Below, piece by piece: positions 15,197-23,860 of a DNA stretch of 26,915 nucleotides. Numbering within the stretch: the stretch's first letter is position 1; every line of letters begins with the position of its first letter. Source of the DNA: a virus (Duplodnaviria; Caudoviricetes); the IMG/VR virus record IMGVR_UViG_3300046656_000554, positions 1 to 26,915 of that record. One strand, given 5' to 3'. The notes below the pieces were generated by a model. The model was not told where the DNA came from, made no database searches, and saw only the letters and a list, made by a program, of their open reading frames with translations. The position numbers and the translations under genes were made by a program.

Positions 15197-16723
15197 GTGA
15201 GCAAGACGGTCTATCGTCACGATCGGAGCGACGGCGAGCTCAAGTCACCGACTACGACGTCGCAGGGCTTTCTGCTCGTTGACGGGCATCCGGCGCGCGC
15301 CGGGATCTACAAGTATCGCCGCGAAGACGGCTCGATCCAGTACGAGCGCCGGCCGCACGAAGAGGTGTTTCATCCCGACTCGCTGGCGAGCTACGACGAC
15401 GCACCGCTGACCCTCGAGCACCCGGCCGACGGTGAGGTCAACGCGGACAACGTCCGTCGCCACGAGATCGGCCATGTCAAGGGTCCCGGGCGGCAGGACG
15501 GCGATCGGGTCGCCACGACGCAGATCATCAAGGACGCCAAGGCTATCAAGATCGTCAAGGCTGGCAAACAGCAGCTCTCGCCTGGCTACAAGATCATCCT
15601 CGACGAGAAGCCGGGGTACGACGCGCGCTACGCGACGCCCGACAACCCGACCGGACGCTACGACGCGACGCAGACCCTGATCCGGGTCAATCACGAGGCG
15701 ATCGTCGACAGTGCTCGCGGCGGCGCAGGGATGCGGCTGCGAATGGATGGTGTTGAGATCCTGCTCGATGGGGAGATCCCAGCGGAGGAGGACCGCACCG
15801 ACGCTGCGGCACCCGGCACGTCGTACGACCTGAACAGATTCGCTGCCGATGCCTCGACTCGGGCCTCGGCAGCCACCCGCACCGCGCATACGCCGCCGGA
15901 GCACACGGCTGCGGCGCAGCTGCACCGTCATGCTAGCGTCGCGCAGCAGGCCGCCGGCGATACCGCCGCCGCCGAAGATCACCGGGCCCAAGCTGCGCAT
16001 CACCTGATCGAGGGTACGCGAGTCGCCGCGACGCACGCGACGGCGCAGGCCCGCAGTACCGGCAGTTACTCCGATCACATGGCTGCGGCAGCGGCGCACC
16101 ACGACGCGGCGCAGACCGCGCAGCACCACAGCAACGCCGTCCAAGGCGAGGAGCACACCCGTATGGCACGAGGACACGAGAACGCGGCAGCGGCTGCAGC
16201 CAGGGCCGGCCGTCGCGATACCGCCGACCGTGAATCTGGCCAGCGGGCTGACGCGGCGTCTACTACGGCCAACGCTACTGGCCGCGCGATCGATCATCGG
16301 CGCGCGGCACTGGCCCATCGAGACGCCGCGTGCCTCATGTCCAGGCTCGACTCCGGTGTCGCAGCCACGCACCGCGATCGCGCTTCAGCGCATACCCGTC
16401 TAGCCGATCGCGCGCTCGATGTCTCACGCCTCGACTCCTCGATCAAGCTGACCACGGCTGTCGACGGTCACCAGCACTCGGTCGATCTCGACCCCTGCTA
16501 CGGCTCGCGCATGGGCGGGTGTACCTCGTACTCGGTGAGCGATACCGAGAAAGCCGAGCACGGTCACACGCACGACTGGGTCCGGAACATGGACGGCACG
16601 ATCACGATCGCAATGTCCGAGGGTCACAGCCACGAGCTGCTCGACACCTCGGGCGTCGTCGGATACCCCTCGACGGCCGAGCTCCAGGCAGCGGCGGATT
16701 CCGCCGCCTCGACTCCCTCTTGA
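15197..16723 (+). CDS. DUF2213-type prohead maturation protease with His/Ala helical repeats and C-terminal GHxH repeats
   Basis: T.QGFLL...ARAGIYKY, EEVF..DSLASY..APLTLEHP, QLSPGY, YDATQ..IRVNHEAIV..ARGG...RLRMDG. Confidence 0.88.
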   Translation: MSKTVYRHDRSDGELKSPTTTSQGFLLVDGHPARAGIYKYRREDGSIQYERRPHEEVFHPDSLASYDDAPLTLEHPADGEVNADNVRRHEIGHVKGPGRQDGDRVATTQIIKDAKAIKIVKAGKQQLSPGYKIILDEKPGYDARYATPDNPTGRYDATQTLIRVNHEAIVDSARGGAGMRLRMDGVEILLDGEIPAEEDRTDAAAPGTSYDLNRFAADASTRASAATRTAHTPPEHTAAAQLHRHASVAQQAAGDTAAAEDHRAQAAHHLIEGTRVAATHATAQARSTGSYSDHMAAAAAHHDAAQTAQHHSNAVQGEEHTRMARGHENAAAAAARAGRRDTADRESGQRADAASTTANATGRAIDHRRAALAHRDAACLMSRLDSGVAATHRDRASAHTRLADRALDVSRLDSSIKLTTAVDGHQHSVDLDPCYGSRMGGCTSYSVSDTEKAEHGHTHDWVRNMDGTITIAMSEGHSHELLDTSGVVGYPSTAELQAAADSAASTPS

Positions 16724-16731
16724 CCGGCAAT

Positions 16732-16766
16732 TCGACCGATCCGGCACCCGGACCGATCGTTAACTC
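16732..16766 (+). promoter_or_regulatory. Class-1 promoter-like motif
   Basis: TCGACC-N17-GATCGT-N6-ATG(16767). Confidence 0.65.
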
Positions 16767-17390
16767 ATGGACCCTCAAGAGCAGATTCGCTCGCTGAAGG
16801 AGCAGCTCGCCGCAGCCGAGGCGAAACTGCCCCCCGCCATGGACGCGGCACACAAGGAGGCGGTCCGCGCAGACGGCGCGGAAGCCACCATCAAGACGCT
16901 TCGGAGCGAGATCTCCGAGCTGCGCTCGCAGATCCAGGCCGCGACCCAGGTGGTCGAGACCGAGGCGATCAAGCGCGAGAAGGTTCGCGCCGACGCCGCC
17001 GAGGTCGAGGTGCGGCGCCGTGACGAGCAGTTCAAGGCCGCACTCGATGCGCGCGTGGGGCTCGAGCGGACCGCCTCGATCATCTTCCCCGATCTGAACA
17101 TGCGTGGGATGAGCGATCGCGAGATCGTCACCACGGTCGTCAAGCGGCTCGATGCGCAGCAGCCGTGTGGACCGGAGATCAGCGATGCATACCTGCGCGG
17201 CAGGTTCGACTCGCTGATCGATCTGCACAAGCGCAATGCTCGATCGCTGCAGCAGCTCGGATCGGTCATCACGCAGGACAACAAGGAGCGCGCCGACTCA
17301 CTCGATGAGCAGCGCCGCAAGTTCCGCGCGCAGGGGCTCGAGCCTCTGCCCAACAGCCGCGAAGCGCGGCTCGCCAATGGGAGGGCCTGA
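16767..17390 (+). CDS. Capsid scaffolding protein (coiled coil)
   Basis: Position between protease and decoration gene; heptad pattern; SDAYLRGRFDS resembles the usual C-terminal part of DUF2213 proteins. Confidence 0.75.
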   Translation: MDPQEQIRSLKEQLAAAEAKLPPAMDAAHKEAVRADGAEATIKTLRSEISELRSQIQAATQVVETEAIKREKVRADAAEVEVRRRDEQFKAALDARVGLERTASIIFPDLNMRGMSDREIVTTVVKRLDAQQPCGPEISDAYLRGRFDSLIDLHKRNARSLQQLGSVITQDNKERADSLDEQRRKFRAQGLEPLPNSREARLANGRA

Positions 17391-17393
17391 GCC

Positions 17394-17915
17394 ATGCCGC
17401 AGACCGCAGTTGCCAAGGCGCCGGCCGTCGGCCGCGCTGGCGAACCAGCCGATCAGCTCACCGCCTCGGATGGACAGGTCGTCTCGGCGACCTCCGAGGA
17501 GTCCAGCGCGGAGATCCCGTTCGGCCTCATGGTCCAGGTCAGCACGACCAACAGCGACTACGGCGCCAAGCTGATCACCGCCACCAGCAACAAGCTGCTC
17601 GGTGTCACGGTTCGGTCGCACGACTTCAGCGATACCGACCTCGGATCGACCGGCCTCAAGCCGGGCTCGACGTTCGGCGCCGCTCGCAACGGTCGCTGGT
17701 TCGTGGTCATCGAGGAGAACGTGACCCCGACTTCGGCGGTCCGCGTTCGCTGCGCTGGCTCCGGCACGATCGGCGCGTTTCGCACGACCGCCGATAGCAC
17801 GAACTGTCTCGACCTCTCGCCGTTCGCGAAGTGGGTCCGCACGTCTCTGGCTGCCGATGGCGTCGGCGAGCTCGAATTCGACCTGACCAACGCCGCGCTC
17901 GCCGTGGCGGGCTGA
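17394..17915 (+). CDS. Capsid decoration/cement protein
   Basis: IPFGLMV, LLGVTVRSH, G.WFV..EENV, GAF motifs; directly before the major capsid gene. Confidence 0.75.
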   Translation: MPQTAVAKAPAVGRAGEPADQLTASDGQVVSATSEESSAEIPFGLMVQVSTTNSDYGAKLITATSNKLLGVTVRSHDFSDTDLGSTGLKPGSTFGAARNGRWFVVIEENVTPTSAVRVRCAGSGTIGAFRTTADSTNCLDLSPFAKWVRTSLAADGVGELEFDLTNAALAVAG

Positions 17916-17923
17916 GGAAGATC

Positions 17924-18901
17924 ATGTCCGCCATTCCAGAGAATCGACTCGACGCATCGGACATCGCGTTCCTGGAGCGCGAGCTCCGGCACGTCGATCC
18001 CGTCATCTACCCCACGTTGTTCGCCGGCCTGCTCGGCCGCAAGTACGTGCCGTTGATCGAGGGTATCTCGCCGCTCAAGGATGAGTACGCCTACCGGATG
18101 GCGACCATCAAGGGCGACGCGAAGCTCGGCGGCCCGAATGCCAACGACGCGACTGTGGTCTCGGTGACCTACGCCGAGTCCGTGTCGGCCATCAAGCAGA
18201 TCCCGGTGGCCATGAAGTGGACGATCCGTGAGCTCAAGCAGTCGGCGGCATTTGCCGGAGGCAAGCTCCAGGACGACACGATCCGCGCGGCAATGAGCGC
18301 GGTGGCGCGTAAGCGCGACAACATGATCGCGCTTGGGCTCACCGGAACGACGATCGGCGGCCTGCTCAACGCGACCGGCGTGCTCGCTACGACGCCGTCA
18401 ACGAAGACGGGCACCGGGGCCGGTACGGCCTGGATCCGGACCGTGCCCGTCGCGCCCGACGAGATCCTGGCGGACATCGCCAAGATCGTCGCGGATACGC
18501 GTGCGGCCCTGAACCAGGCGACGCAGTTGCCCGGCGGCGACGACATGCCGGCGTTCGCGCGCTGGGTGCTGCTGCTGCCGCAGGCGCAGTACACGTATAT
18601 CGCGCAGACGCCGCGATCGACGACGAGCGACAAGACGATCCTGCAGTGGGCTCTGTCGCAGAACCCCTGGCTGGAGTCGATCGAGGAGTGGTGGCAGTGC
18701 GACACTGCCGGCACCGGACCGACCACGCGTGCGATGCTGTACGTTCGGGATCCGATGTGCTGTGGCTGCGTGATCCCGGATGAGTGGTCGCAAGAGGCGT
18801 GGCAGTACGAAGGCCACAACATCGTGGTCCCGGCGAGTGGGAGCTGCGGCGGCACGGTTGTGAAGTATCCCGTTGCCTGCCGAACAATGGATGCGATCTG
18901 A
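17924..18901 (+). CDS. Major capsid protein, DUF2184/encapsulin-like HK97 fold (start re-called to 17924)
   Basis: GAGGAAG RBS; FLERELRHVDP.IY, WTIREL, GLLNA, GGTVVKYP..C...DAI. Confidence 0.9.
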   Translation: MSAIPENRLDASDIAFLERELRHVDPVIYPTLFAGLLGRKYVPLIEGISPLKDEYAYRMATIKGDAKLGGPNANDATVVSVTYAESVSAIKQIPVAMKWTIRELKQSAAFAGGKLQDDTIRAAMSAVARKRDNMIALGLTGTTIGGLLNATGVLATTPSTKTGTGAGTAWIRTVPVAPDEILADIAKIVADTRAALNQATQLPGGDDMPAFARWVLLLPQAQYTYIAQTPRSTTSDKTILQWALSQNPWLESIEEWWQCDTAGTGPTTRAMLYVRDPMCCGCVIPDEWSQEAWQYEGHNIVVPASGSCGGTVVKYPVACRTMDAI

Positions 18902-18910
18902 GAGTGATTC

Positions 18911-19147
18911 ATGTCGCGAACGATGTCCAAATGGGAGATTGCCTGGCGCAAGAGCGCAGGGCACGCGGTGCCGGCCGACGGCGTGCACCACGATGACGAG
19001 GATCTCGAGCGGATGACGAAGCCGGCCGAGAGTGCGCAGGCGGCGGTTGCGGCTCCTGCGGCGCCGCCGATCGCGCCCCAGCCTGTGTCGGTCTCGACGC
19101 CTGCCAAGCCCCCCCAGCCTACGACCGTGCCAGCCGGAAAGAAGTAG
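18911..19147 (+). CDS. Small Pro/Ala-rich protein following the capsid gene
   Basis: Fills the gap between capsid and adaptor genes; low-complexity tail. Confidence 0.55.
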   Translation: MSRTMSKWEIAWRKSAGHAVPADGVHHDDEDLERMTKPAESAQAAVAAPAAPPIAPQPVSVSTPAKPPQPTTVPAGKK

Positions 19148-19150
19148 GTC

Positions 19151-19531
19151 ATGGCTCCCGTTGCCTGGCCGGACGTGGTGGCCTATTCGTCTCCGCTCGC
19201 GGCCGTCAACATCACCGTCCAGACCGACCTCCTGGCCTGGGTCAACAAGTCATTCTCCGCGGTGTTCGACGGCGAGGACGGCGTCAAGACGCGGCTCGCC
19301 CGAATCTACGCCGCGGCGCACATGGCGTCGCTGCCTGGAGCCGGTGAGCAGCGACCAGGCGGCGCCGTGGTGGCTGAGTCGCGTGGTGGCCTTTCAAGGA
19401 GCTACGCACCGCCGCCTGTGATGAACAGCAACTGGTGGGCGTTGACGCAGTGGGGGCAAAGGTATCTGTTGCTGCTCGATGGCAGTAAGGCGATGTGGCC
19501 GAGAGCGCCGGGAATGCGGGTGCCGGGGTAG
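19151..19531 (+). CDS. DUF4054-type head-tail adaptor
   Basis: YAAAHMA, ESRGGLSRSY and WALTQWGQRYLLL signature. Confidence 0.8.
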   Translation: MAPVAWPDVVAYSSPLAAVNITVQTDLLAWVNKSFSAVFDGEDGVKTRLARIYAAAHMASLPGAGEQRPGGAVVAESRGGLSRSYAPPPVMNSNWWALTQWGQRYLLLLDGSKAMWPRAPGMRVPG

Positions 19532-19791
19532 TGCTGGCCGTGCTGGTTTGGTTGCTGGTGGCTGGCGGTCAGGAGCATCGGGCGCCTGTGGGCTGGTACT
19601 GTAATGGCGTACGTCCTGACGGGCGCTACGAGTTCAGGCCTGTGCTCGGTAGGCCAGAGATGGATCTGGAGGACGCCAGAGCGCGGCGGCAGATCGCGGA
19701 CGACCGCCGGAGCGTCGGCTGGATCTGGTGCTGGAGGCCGGCAACGCCAAGGCAGGACGGCTCGAGGGTCTGGTGTATCGATGGCCGCTGA
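19531..19791 (+). CDS. Small exported or membrane-anchored hypothetical protein (start probably GTG 19531)
   Basis: Hydrophobic N-terminus LAVLVWLLVAGG, three Cys; overlaps both neighbours. Confidence 0.45.
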   Translation: MLAVLVWLLVAGGQEHRAPVGWYCNGVRPDGRYEFRPVLGRPEMDLEDARARRQIADDRRSVGWIWCWRPATPRQDGSRVWCIDGR

Positions 19792-20239
19792 GCGCTGGGA
19801 GGCCATCCGCGCTGCGGCTGCCTCGCTTGGCCGCGCCGAAGTCCGTGCGGGAATCGTCGGCCCGAAGGCTAACGAGCGGCACCATGACAGCGATCTGACC
19901 AACGGAGAGGTTGGGATCATCCAGGAGATGGGCGCACCCAGCATAGGGCTGCCCGAGCGGTCGTTCGTCCGCAAGACGCTGCGCGACTCGAGGTTCCAGG
20001 CGGAGTTCGCGGTGTTGCAGGCGCGGCTCGTTGGTGAGGTGCTGGCCGGCCGCATGAACAGGGATGAGGCGCTGGCTGCGATGGGCGCGTTCACGGCCGA
20101 GCGGATCCGGCGGACGATCCTCGATGACGAGGTGAAGCCGGAGCTCAAGCAGTCGACGATCGAGGCCAAGGGCTCTGACCGCGTACTTGTGGACCATGGC
20201 CAGCTCGTCGAGGCTATCGGCTGGGAGATCCGGAAGTAG
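19781..20239 (+). CDS. Neck/tail-completion protein (HK97 gp10-like; start re-called to 19781)
   Basis: EMGAP..GLPERSFVR, STIEAKGSDRVLVDHGQL..AI motifs. Confidence 0.8.
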   Translation: MAAERWEAIRAAAASLGRAEVRAGIVGPKANERHHDSDLTNGEVGIIQEMGAPSIGLPERSFVRKTLRDSRFQAEFAVLQARLVGEVLAGRMNRDEALAAMGAFTAERIRRTILDDEVKPELKQSTIEAKGSDRVLVDHGQLVEAIGWEIRK

Positions 20240-20242
20240 ACG

Positions 20243-20269
20243 TCGGAGGGGCGTGCTAGGGTGATGGGG
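20243..20269 (+). promoter_or_regulatory. Class-2 promoter-like motif
   Basis: TCGGAGGGGCGTGC-TAGGGT-N7-ATG(20270); 20236-20262 is 25/27 identical to the reverse complement of 25150-25176. Confidence 0.65.
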
Positions 20270-20461
20270 ATGGACAATGCCGTCACCTTCATCGCCGACC
20301 TCGAGCGCCATTGCGCCGGTGAGCCCGTATTTCACCCGCCGACACCTGAGCAAGATCAGGCGCTCGATCGGCTGTTCGCGATGATGAAGCCGTGTTTTGA
20401 GGCGGCGCTGCAGGAGGCCGTGGATGCAGGGATTCTGCGCAAGCGGGAGGATGGCGAATGA
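20270..20461 (+). CDS. Hypothetical protein, first gene of the plus-strand accessory cluster
   Basis: ATG 7 nt after the class-2 motif; ATGA coupling to the next gene. Confidence 0.6.
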   Translation: MDNAVTFIADLERHCAGEPVFHPPTPEQDQALDRLFAMMKPCFEAALQEAVDAGILRKREDGE

Positions 20462-20982
20462 CTGGAGAGCAATTCCTAGCCCATGCTGTCGAGGCGTCCA
20501 TCGTCAACCTCATCTGTTACGGCGTGAAGTTGCCTGCAAATGCCCAGGGCAGACGCGCGTTGGCTGGCGAGATCACGCGATCGCTTAGCGGCGCAGCGGT
20601 ATCGGTTGATATCGATGGTGATTCGCTGGTAGCGACGTGGCAGGGCGTGACGCATCGACGCTCGCTGCTCGGCGGCGGGTTCCCGTGGGACCACTCAACC
20701 GCGATACCATCCCCGCCGTCCGCGCCTCCAAAACCCACACCGCGCGGCTTACGCTTTACCGACGCCTACCAGATTCAGCTTGCGCTGAATGCGGCACTTC
20801 TGACGCCCGATATAGATCGTCCATCACAACTGCTCACGGTGGAACTGCGCGCTCAGCTCGAGGCGGCGATCGACGCGGCCACGATCCGACCGGACGAGTG
20901 CTCGCATGGCGATTGGGAGTGGCCACGGCAGCGGTGTCCGAGTTGCGGGCTGGGTGACGTCAGGAAGGAGCCGACGAGATGA
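20458..20982 (+). CDS. Hypothetical protein with C-terminal Zn-ribbon
   Basis: ECSHG...RCPSCG; GGAGG RBS. Confidence 0.6.
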   Translation: MTGEQFLAHAVEASIVNLICYGVKLPANAQGRRALAGEITRSLSGAAVSVDIDGDSLVATWQGVTHRRSLLGGGFPWDHSTAIPSPPSAPPKPTPRGLRFTDAYQIQLALNAALLTPDIDRPSQLLTVELRAQLEAAIDAATIRPDECSHGDWEWPRQRCPSCGLGDVRKEPTR

Positions 20983-21518
20983 GTCGCGAGGAGTGTAAGC
21001 CGACAGTAGTCCGCTTCGCGCGCATTGAGATCCCTGCGAACGGCTGCATCATGCTGGGGTCGTTCATCGAGCCGCAGGTCGACCCGGCCAAGATCGTCGG
21101 CGTGGCCAAGTTCGATCCGTCGCCGGGGCCCGAACTACCGCCGGTTCCCGAGCCAGGATTCTACTGGGCCAAGCCGACCGACTGCAGCGAGTGGACGGTT
21201 GTGCGAGTCGCCGAGTGGGGTACATCTCGTTCTCGAGATGTCGATTGCTTCGGTTGGGCACCTCGGTCGTGTCGGGTCGCCGAGTGGGGTCCAAGGCTGG
21301 AGCCGCCGAACGACCTCCCGCTGACCAATGCCGAGCTACGCGGTATGACTTTCGCTGGCTGGCACGAGATCGCCCGGGACAGGGCTCGACGAGGTCAAGG
21401 CGATTCGATCGTGACCGGCGTCCTGTTCGACTGGATCTCCGAGCGCGTCGACAAGGCCGGGCAATCCGAGATCGCAGCTCAGCTGGCCGAGGCGTTTGGA
21501 CTGGAGTCGCCGCGATGA
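20979..21518 (+). CDS. Hypothetical protein
   Basis: AAGGAG RBS; PEPGFYWA..WTVV..WGPRLEPP segment. Confidence 0.6.
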   Translation: MSREECKPTVVRFARIEIPANGCIMLGSFIEPQVDPAKIVGVAKFDPSPGPELPPVPEPGFYWAKPTDCSEWTVVRVAEWGTSRSRDVDCFGWAPRSCRVAEWGPRLEPPNDLPLTNAELRGMTFAGWHEIARDRARRGQGDSIVTGVLFDWISERVDKAGQSEIAAQLAEAFGLESPR

Positions 21519-21697
21519 ACACCGCCATCCGGCCAAACGAATGTACCACGTACGCCGTCGGAGTTCCGATCGCATGGATGGCGCATCGCACGCACCGATA
21601 CGAGCCGTTGAGTTCGGAGATGTTCGCGCTGGCCAGGCAACTGCGCGAGAGTGAGCAGGTGCTCATGCGCTGGGTTGATGATGGCGGTGCTTCGTGA
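21515..21697 (+). CDS. Hypothetical protein (60 aa; start re-called to 21515)
   Basis: ATGA and GTGA coupling on both sides. Confidence 0.5.
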   Translation: MNTAIRPNECTTYAVGVPIAWMAHRTHRYEPLSSEMFALARQLRESEQVLMRWVDDGGAS

Positions 21698-21945
21698 GCA
21701 TTACCGAATGGTCCCCTTCCACCCTATACACCGTCGGAGATCGCGTCACGGGTCCGCTCGGTGACGTCATCCCAGGTTACGCTCCAGATCCGGATGCACC
21801 ACGCGTCGAGTACGTCGTCACGGCGGTAGATGCCGATCGGTTCAAGTTGGCTACGATGCGACCGCCGAAGGTCGCTGAGCGTCGGCCAGCAATCAAGCCG
21901 ACGCCGTCGATTCCGCCGTGGGCAAGGCGGCGAGGTAGGCGATGA
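21694..21945 (+). CDS. Hypothetical protein with a CBM5/12-like N-terminal motif
   Basis: EWSPSTLYTVGDRV...EYVV. Confidence 0.5.
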   Translation: MSITEWSPSTLYTVGDRVTGPLGDVIPGYAPDPDAPRVEYVVTAVDADRFKLATMRPPKVAERRPAIKPTPSIPPWARRRGRR

Positions 21946-22133
21946 AGGGCATCGGCGCAGCTATCGGCCAGTGGCTGCCTCCGGGCGCGGCTGAGTATTG
22001 CTCGCGCATCACGGCACTCGAAGGCCTCGTCCGCCTGTCCGGCGGCGAGGCTGCGATGCGCCGAGTTCGCGAACGGGCGAGCACCACGGGGCTCACGTAC
22101 GAGCAGGCTCTGACCGCGGAGCTCGACCCATGA
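21942..22133 (+). CDS. Hypothetical protein
   Basis: ATGA coupling on both sides. Confidence 0.5.
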   Translation: MKGIGAAIGQWLPPGAAEYCSRITALEGLVRLSGGEAAMRRVRERASTTGLTYEQALTAELDP

Positions 22134-22540
22134 GCCTCAACGGAACCCTCACCTCCCTCGGCTCGGTCGATCTGCGTGTCACTCGCACCGCGCAGGGTAC
22201 CCGCCAGCACGGCCGCTACACGCCGGGCCCCGCGACGACGTTCTCGATCACCTGCGGCACACCCGAGCCGGTCACCGGCCGCGAGCTCAAGGACATGCCC
22301 GAGGGCCGCCGCGGCGATGAGATCTTGAAGCTGTTCGCCAGCGGCGAGCTGGTCGCGGAGAAGCCGGGCGTTGACCCCGATACGGTGGCGTACACCGGCA
22401 GTGATCCGGACATGTTGACCATCATGGGCGCGGCCGAGGAGTGGACCGTGATCAAGGTCGACACGTGGACCGGGTTTGGCGAGACGCACCGCGAGGTGTC
22501 GATTGCCCGGGCGCCGAGTCCGGCGGGGCAGGTGCCGTGA
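22130..22540 (+). CDS. Head-closure/stopper protein (start re-called to 22130)
   Basis: VTRT..G....GRY..G, P.TG.EL..MPEG.R, DPD.V, W.VI.V..W motifs; neck-region position. Confidence 0.75.
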   Translation: MSLNGTLTSLGSVDLRVTRTAQGTRQHGRYTPGPATTFSITCGTPEPVTGRELKDMPEGRRGDEILKLFASGELVAEKPGVDPDTVAYTGSDPDMLTIMGAAEEWTVIKVDTWTGFGETHREVSIARAPSPAGQVP

Positions 22541-22557
22541 ACGCCCGCTCCGCTGAC

Positions 22558-22592
22558 TCGACCGCCCACCGCTGCTCCGCGACCATGACTGC
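22558..22592 (+). promoter_or_regulatory. Class-1 promoter-like motif
   Basis: TCGACC-N17-GACCAT-N6-ATG(22593). Confidence 0.7.
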
Positions 22593-23006
22593 ATGGCCGC
22601 GTTCAGCAAGTTCGACGCCTTCGTGCAGGATCTCGGGCGCAAGGCCCACAACCTGCACATCGACACGCTCAAGATCGCGTTGACGCTCGCGGCCCCGCTT
22701 CCAACGAACGCCGTGCTTGCCGACGTCACGCAGATCGCCAGCGGCAACGGGTACACCGCTGGCGGTTCCGCGCTTACCGGACAAAGTTACGCGCAGACCA
22801 GTGGCGTAGCCGTACTGGTCGCCGCTGACCTCGTATTCACCGCCGCGGGCGGCTCCATGGCTCCGTTTCGCTACGCCGTGCTCTACAACGCCACCGCGGC
22901 TGGCGGTCCGCTGATCGGCTGGTACGACGCGGGAGGCACAATCACGCTTGCTGACACCGAAACGTTCACCGTTGACATCGGCGCGAGCATCCTGACGTTG
23001 GCCTGA
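22593..23006 (+). CDS. Conserved phage virion protein (tail/neck-associated)
   Basis: FSKF..F, DTLKIAL, GNGYTAGG, FRYAVLYN, PLIGWYD motifs, as seen in phage structural genes. Confidence 0.7.
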   Translation: MAAFSKFDAFVQDLGRKAHNLHIDTLKIALTLAAPLPTNAVLADVTQIASGNGYTAGGSALTGQSYAQTSGVAVLVAADLVFTAAGGSMAPFRYAVLYNATAAGGPLIGWYDAGGTITLADTETFTVDIGASILTLA

Positions 23007-23764
23007 TGCCGAGCTTCGTCCTGCCCGTCGCCTCTGGTGCGCTCGTCCTGACCGGCGCGGCCGTAGCGCTCGTGAACCCGCACGAGTTGCCCGTGGATTC
23101 GGGTTCGTTCGCACTCACCGGCGCAGCGGTCGGGCTGGTCCATGGTGGACCGCGGCGGCTCTTGGCTGAGTCGGGCGTGTTCGCCGTGATCGGCGGTGAT
23201 GTCGGACTGGTCCAGGGGGTCGATCCGCTGACCGCCGTCGAGAACGCGATCCACGCGTGGGTCGTGATCGGATCGGGGCTCGACGCCGACCGCGTGATCT
23301 GGACGGGCGACGGACCCTCGGGGCCGCAGCCGGCCGGGACATTCATCTCGATGCGGATCATCGATGACAACACGGGGTTCAGGGACTGGTTGTTGCCGCG
23401 GCGAGAAGGCAATGGGATCCGGTACCGCATTCGATCGCACCACATGGCGACGCTCGAGTTGAGCTGCAACGCGGACGGATCGTTTGGCTCACAGCGCGGT
23501 GCGATGATTCTACGTCGAGTCATCGCGGCGCGCGCCTTGCCATCGGTTGTCGAGTCGATGCGCGGCGTGGTTGGCATCGGTCCCGCCGGCAAGATCCGGT
23601 TGATACCTGGCGTGCGGTCGACGCTGCTCGATCCAAAGGCGATGGTGGAGGTCGGGATCCACATGGTCACCGAGATCAGCGAGCCTGGATCGGCGATCGA
23701 GACGGTGTCGGTAGCGACGACGACGGATGTCGGGACGAGGAGCGGGACGGTCAGTAGGCCGTAG
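23006..23764 (+). CDS. Tail/neck terminator protein with three N-terminal beta repeats
   Basis: L.V.SG.(L/F).LTG..V.L x3, then ENAIHAWV..GSGL...RVIW....P.P..TFISM. Confidence 0.65.
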   Translation: MPSFVLPVASGALVLTGAAVALVNPHELPVDSGSFALTGAAVGLVHGGPRRLLAESGVFAVIGGDVGLVQGVDPLTAVENAIHAWVVIGSGLDADRVIWTGDGPSGPQPAGTFISMRIIDDNTGFRDWLLPRREGNGIRYRIRSHHMATLELSCNADGSFGSQRGAMILRRVIAARALPSVVESMRGVVGIGPAGKIRLIPGVRSTLLDPKAMVEVGIHMVTEISEPGSAIETVSVATTTDVGTRSGTVSRP

Positions 23765-23860
23765 GGCTAGCGTGTTGCCCGAGGTGTCGCTCGTCTCGAT
23801 GACGACGCCGGTCTCGGCTTCGATGACGTCGAGGTCGGTGGAGGTTGCGCGCGACATCAA

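Noticed and set aside
16691-16707. Inverted repeat gcggcgga-t-tccgccgc near the scaffold promoter motif
   Set aside because: Explained by Ala-Ala-Asp-Ser-Ala-Ala codons; no second copy seen.
15245-19152. Long antisense ORFs (e.g. 15245..16372, 16775..17416, 18169..19152; also 9423..10289 and 1711..2646)
   Set aside because: Shadow frames of high-GC genes that have clear phage motifs on the opposite strand.
23510-23860. Minus-strand 116-aa ORF after the Cys-rich gene
   Set aside because: Overlaps the tail terminator gene by about 250 nt and has an Arg-rich shadow-like C-terminus.
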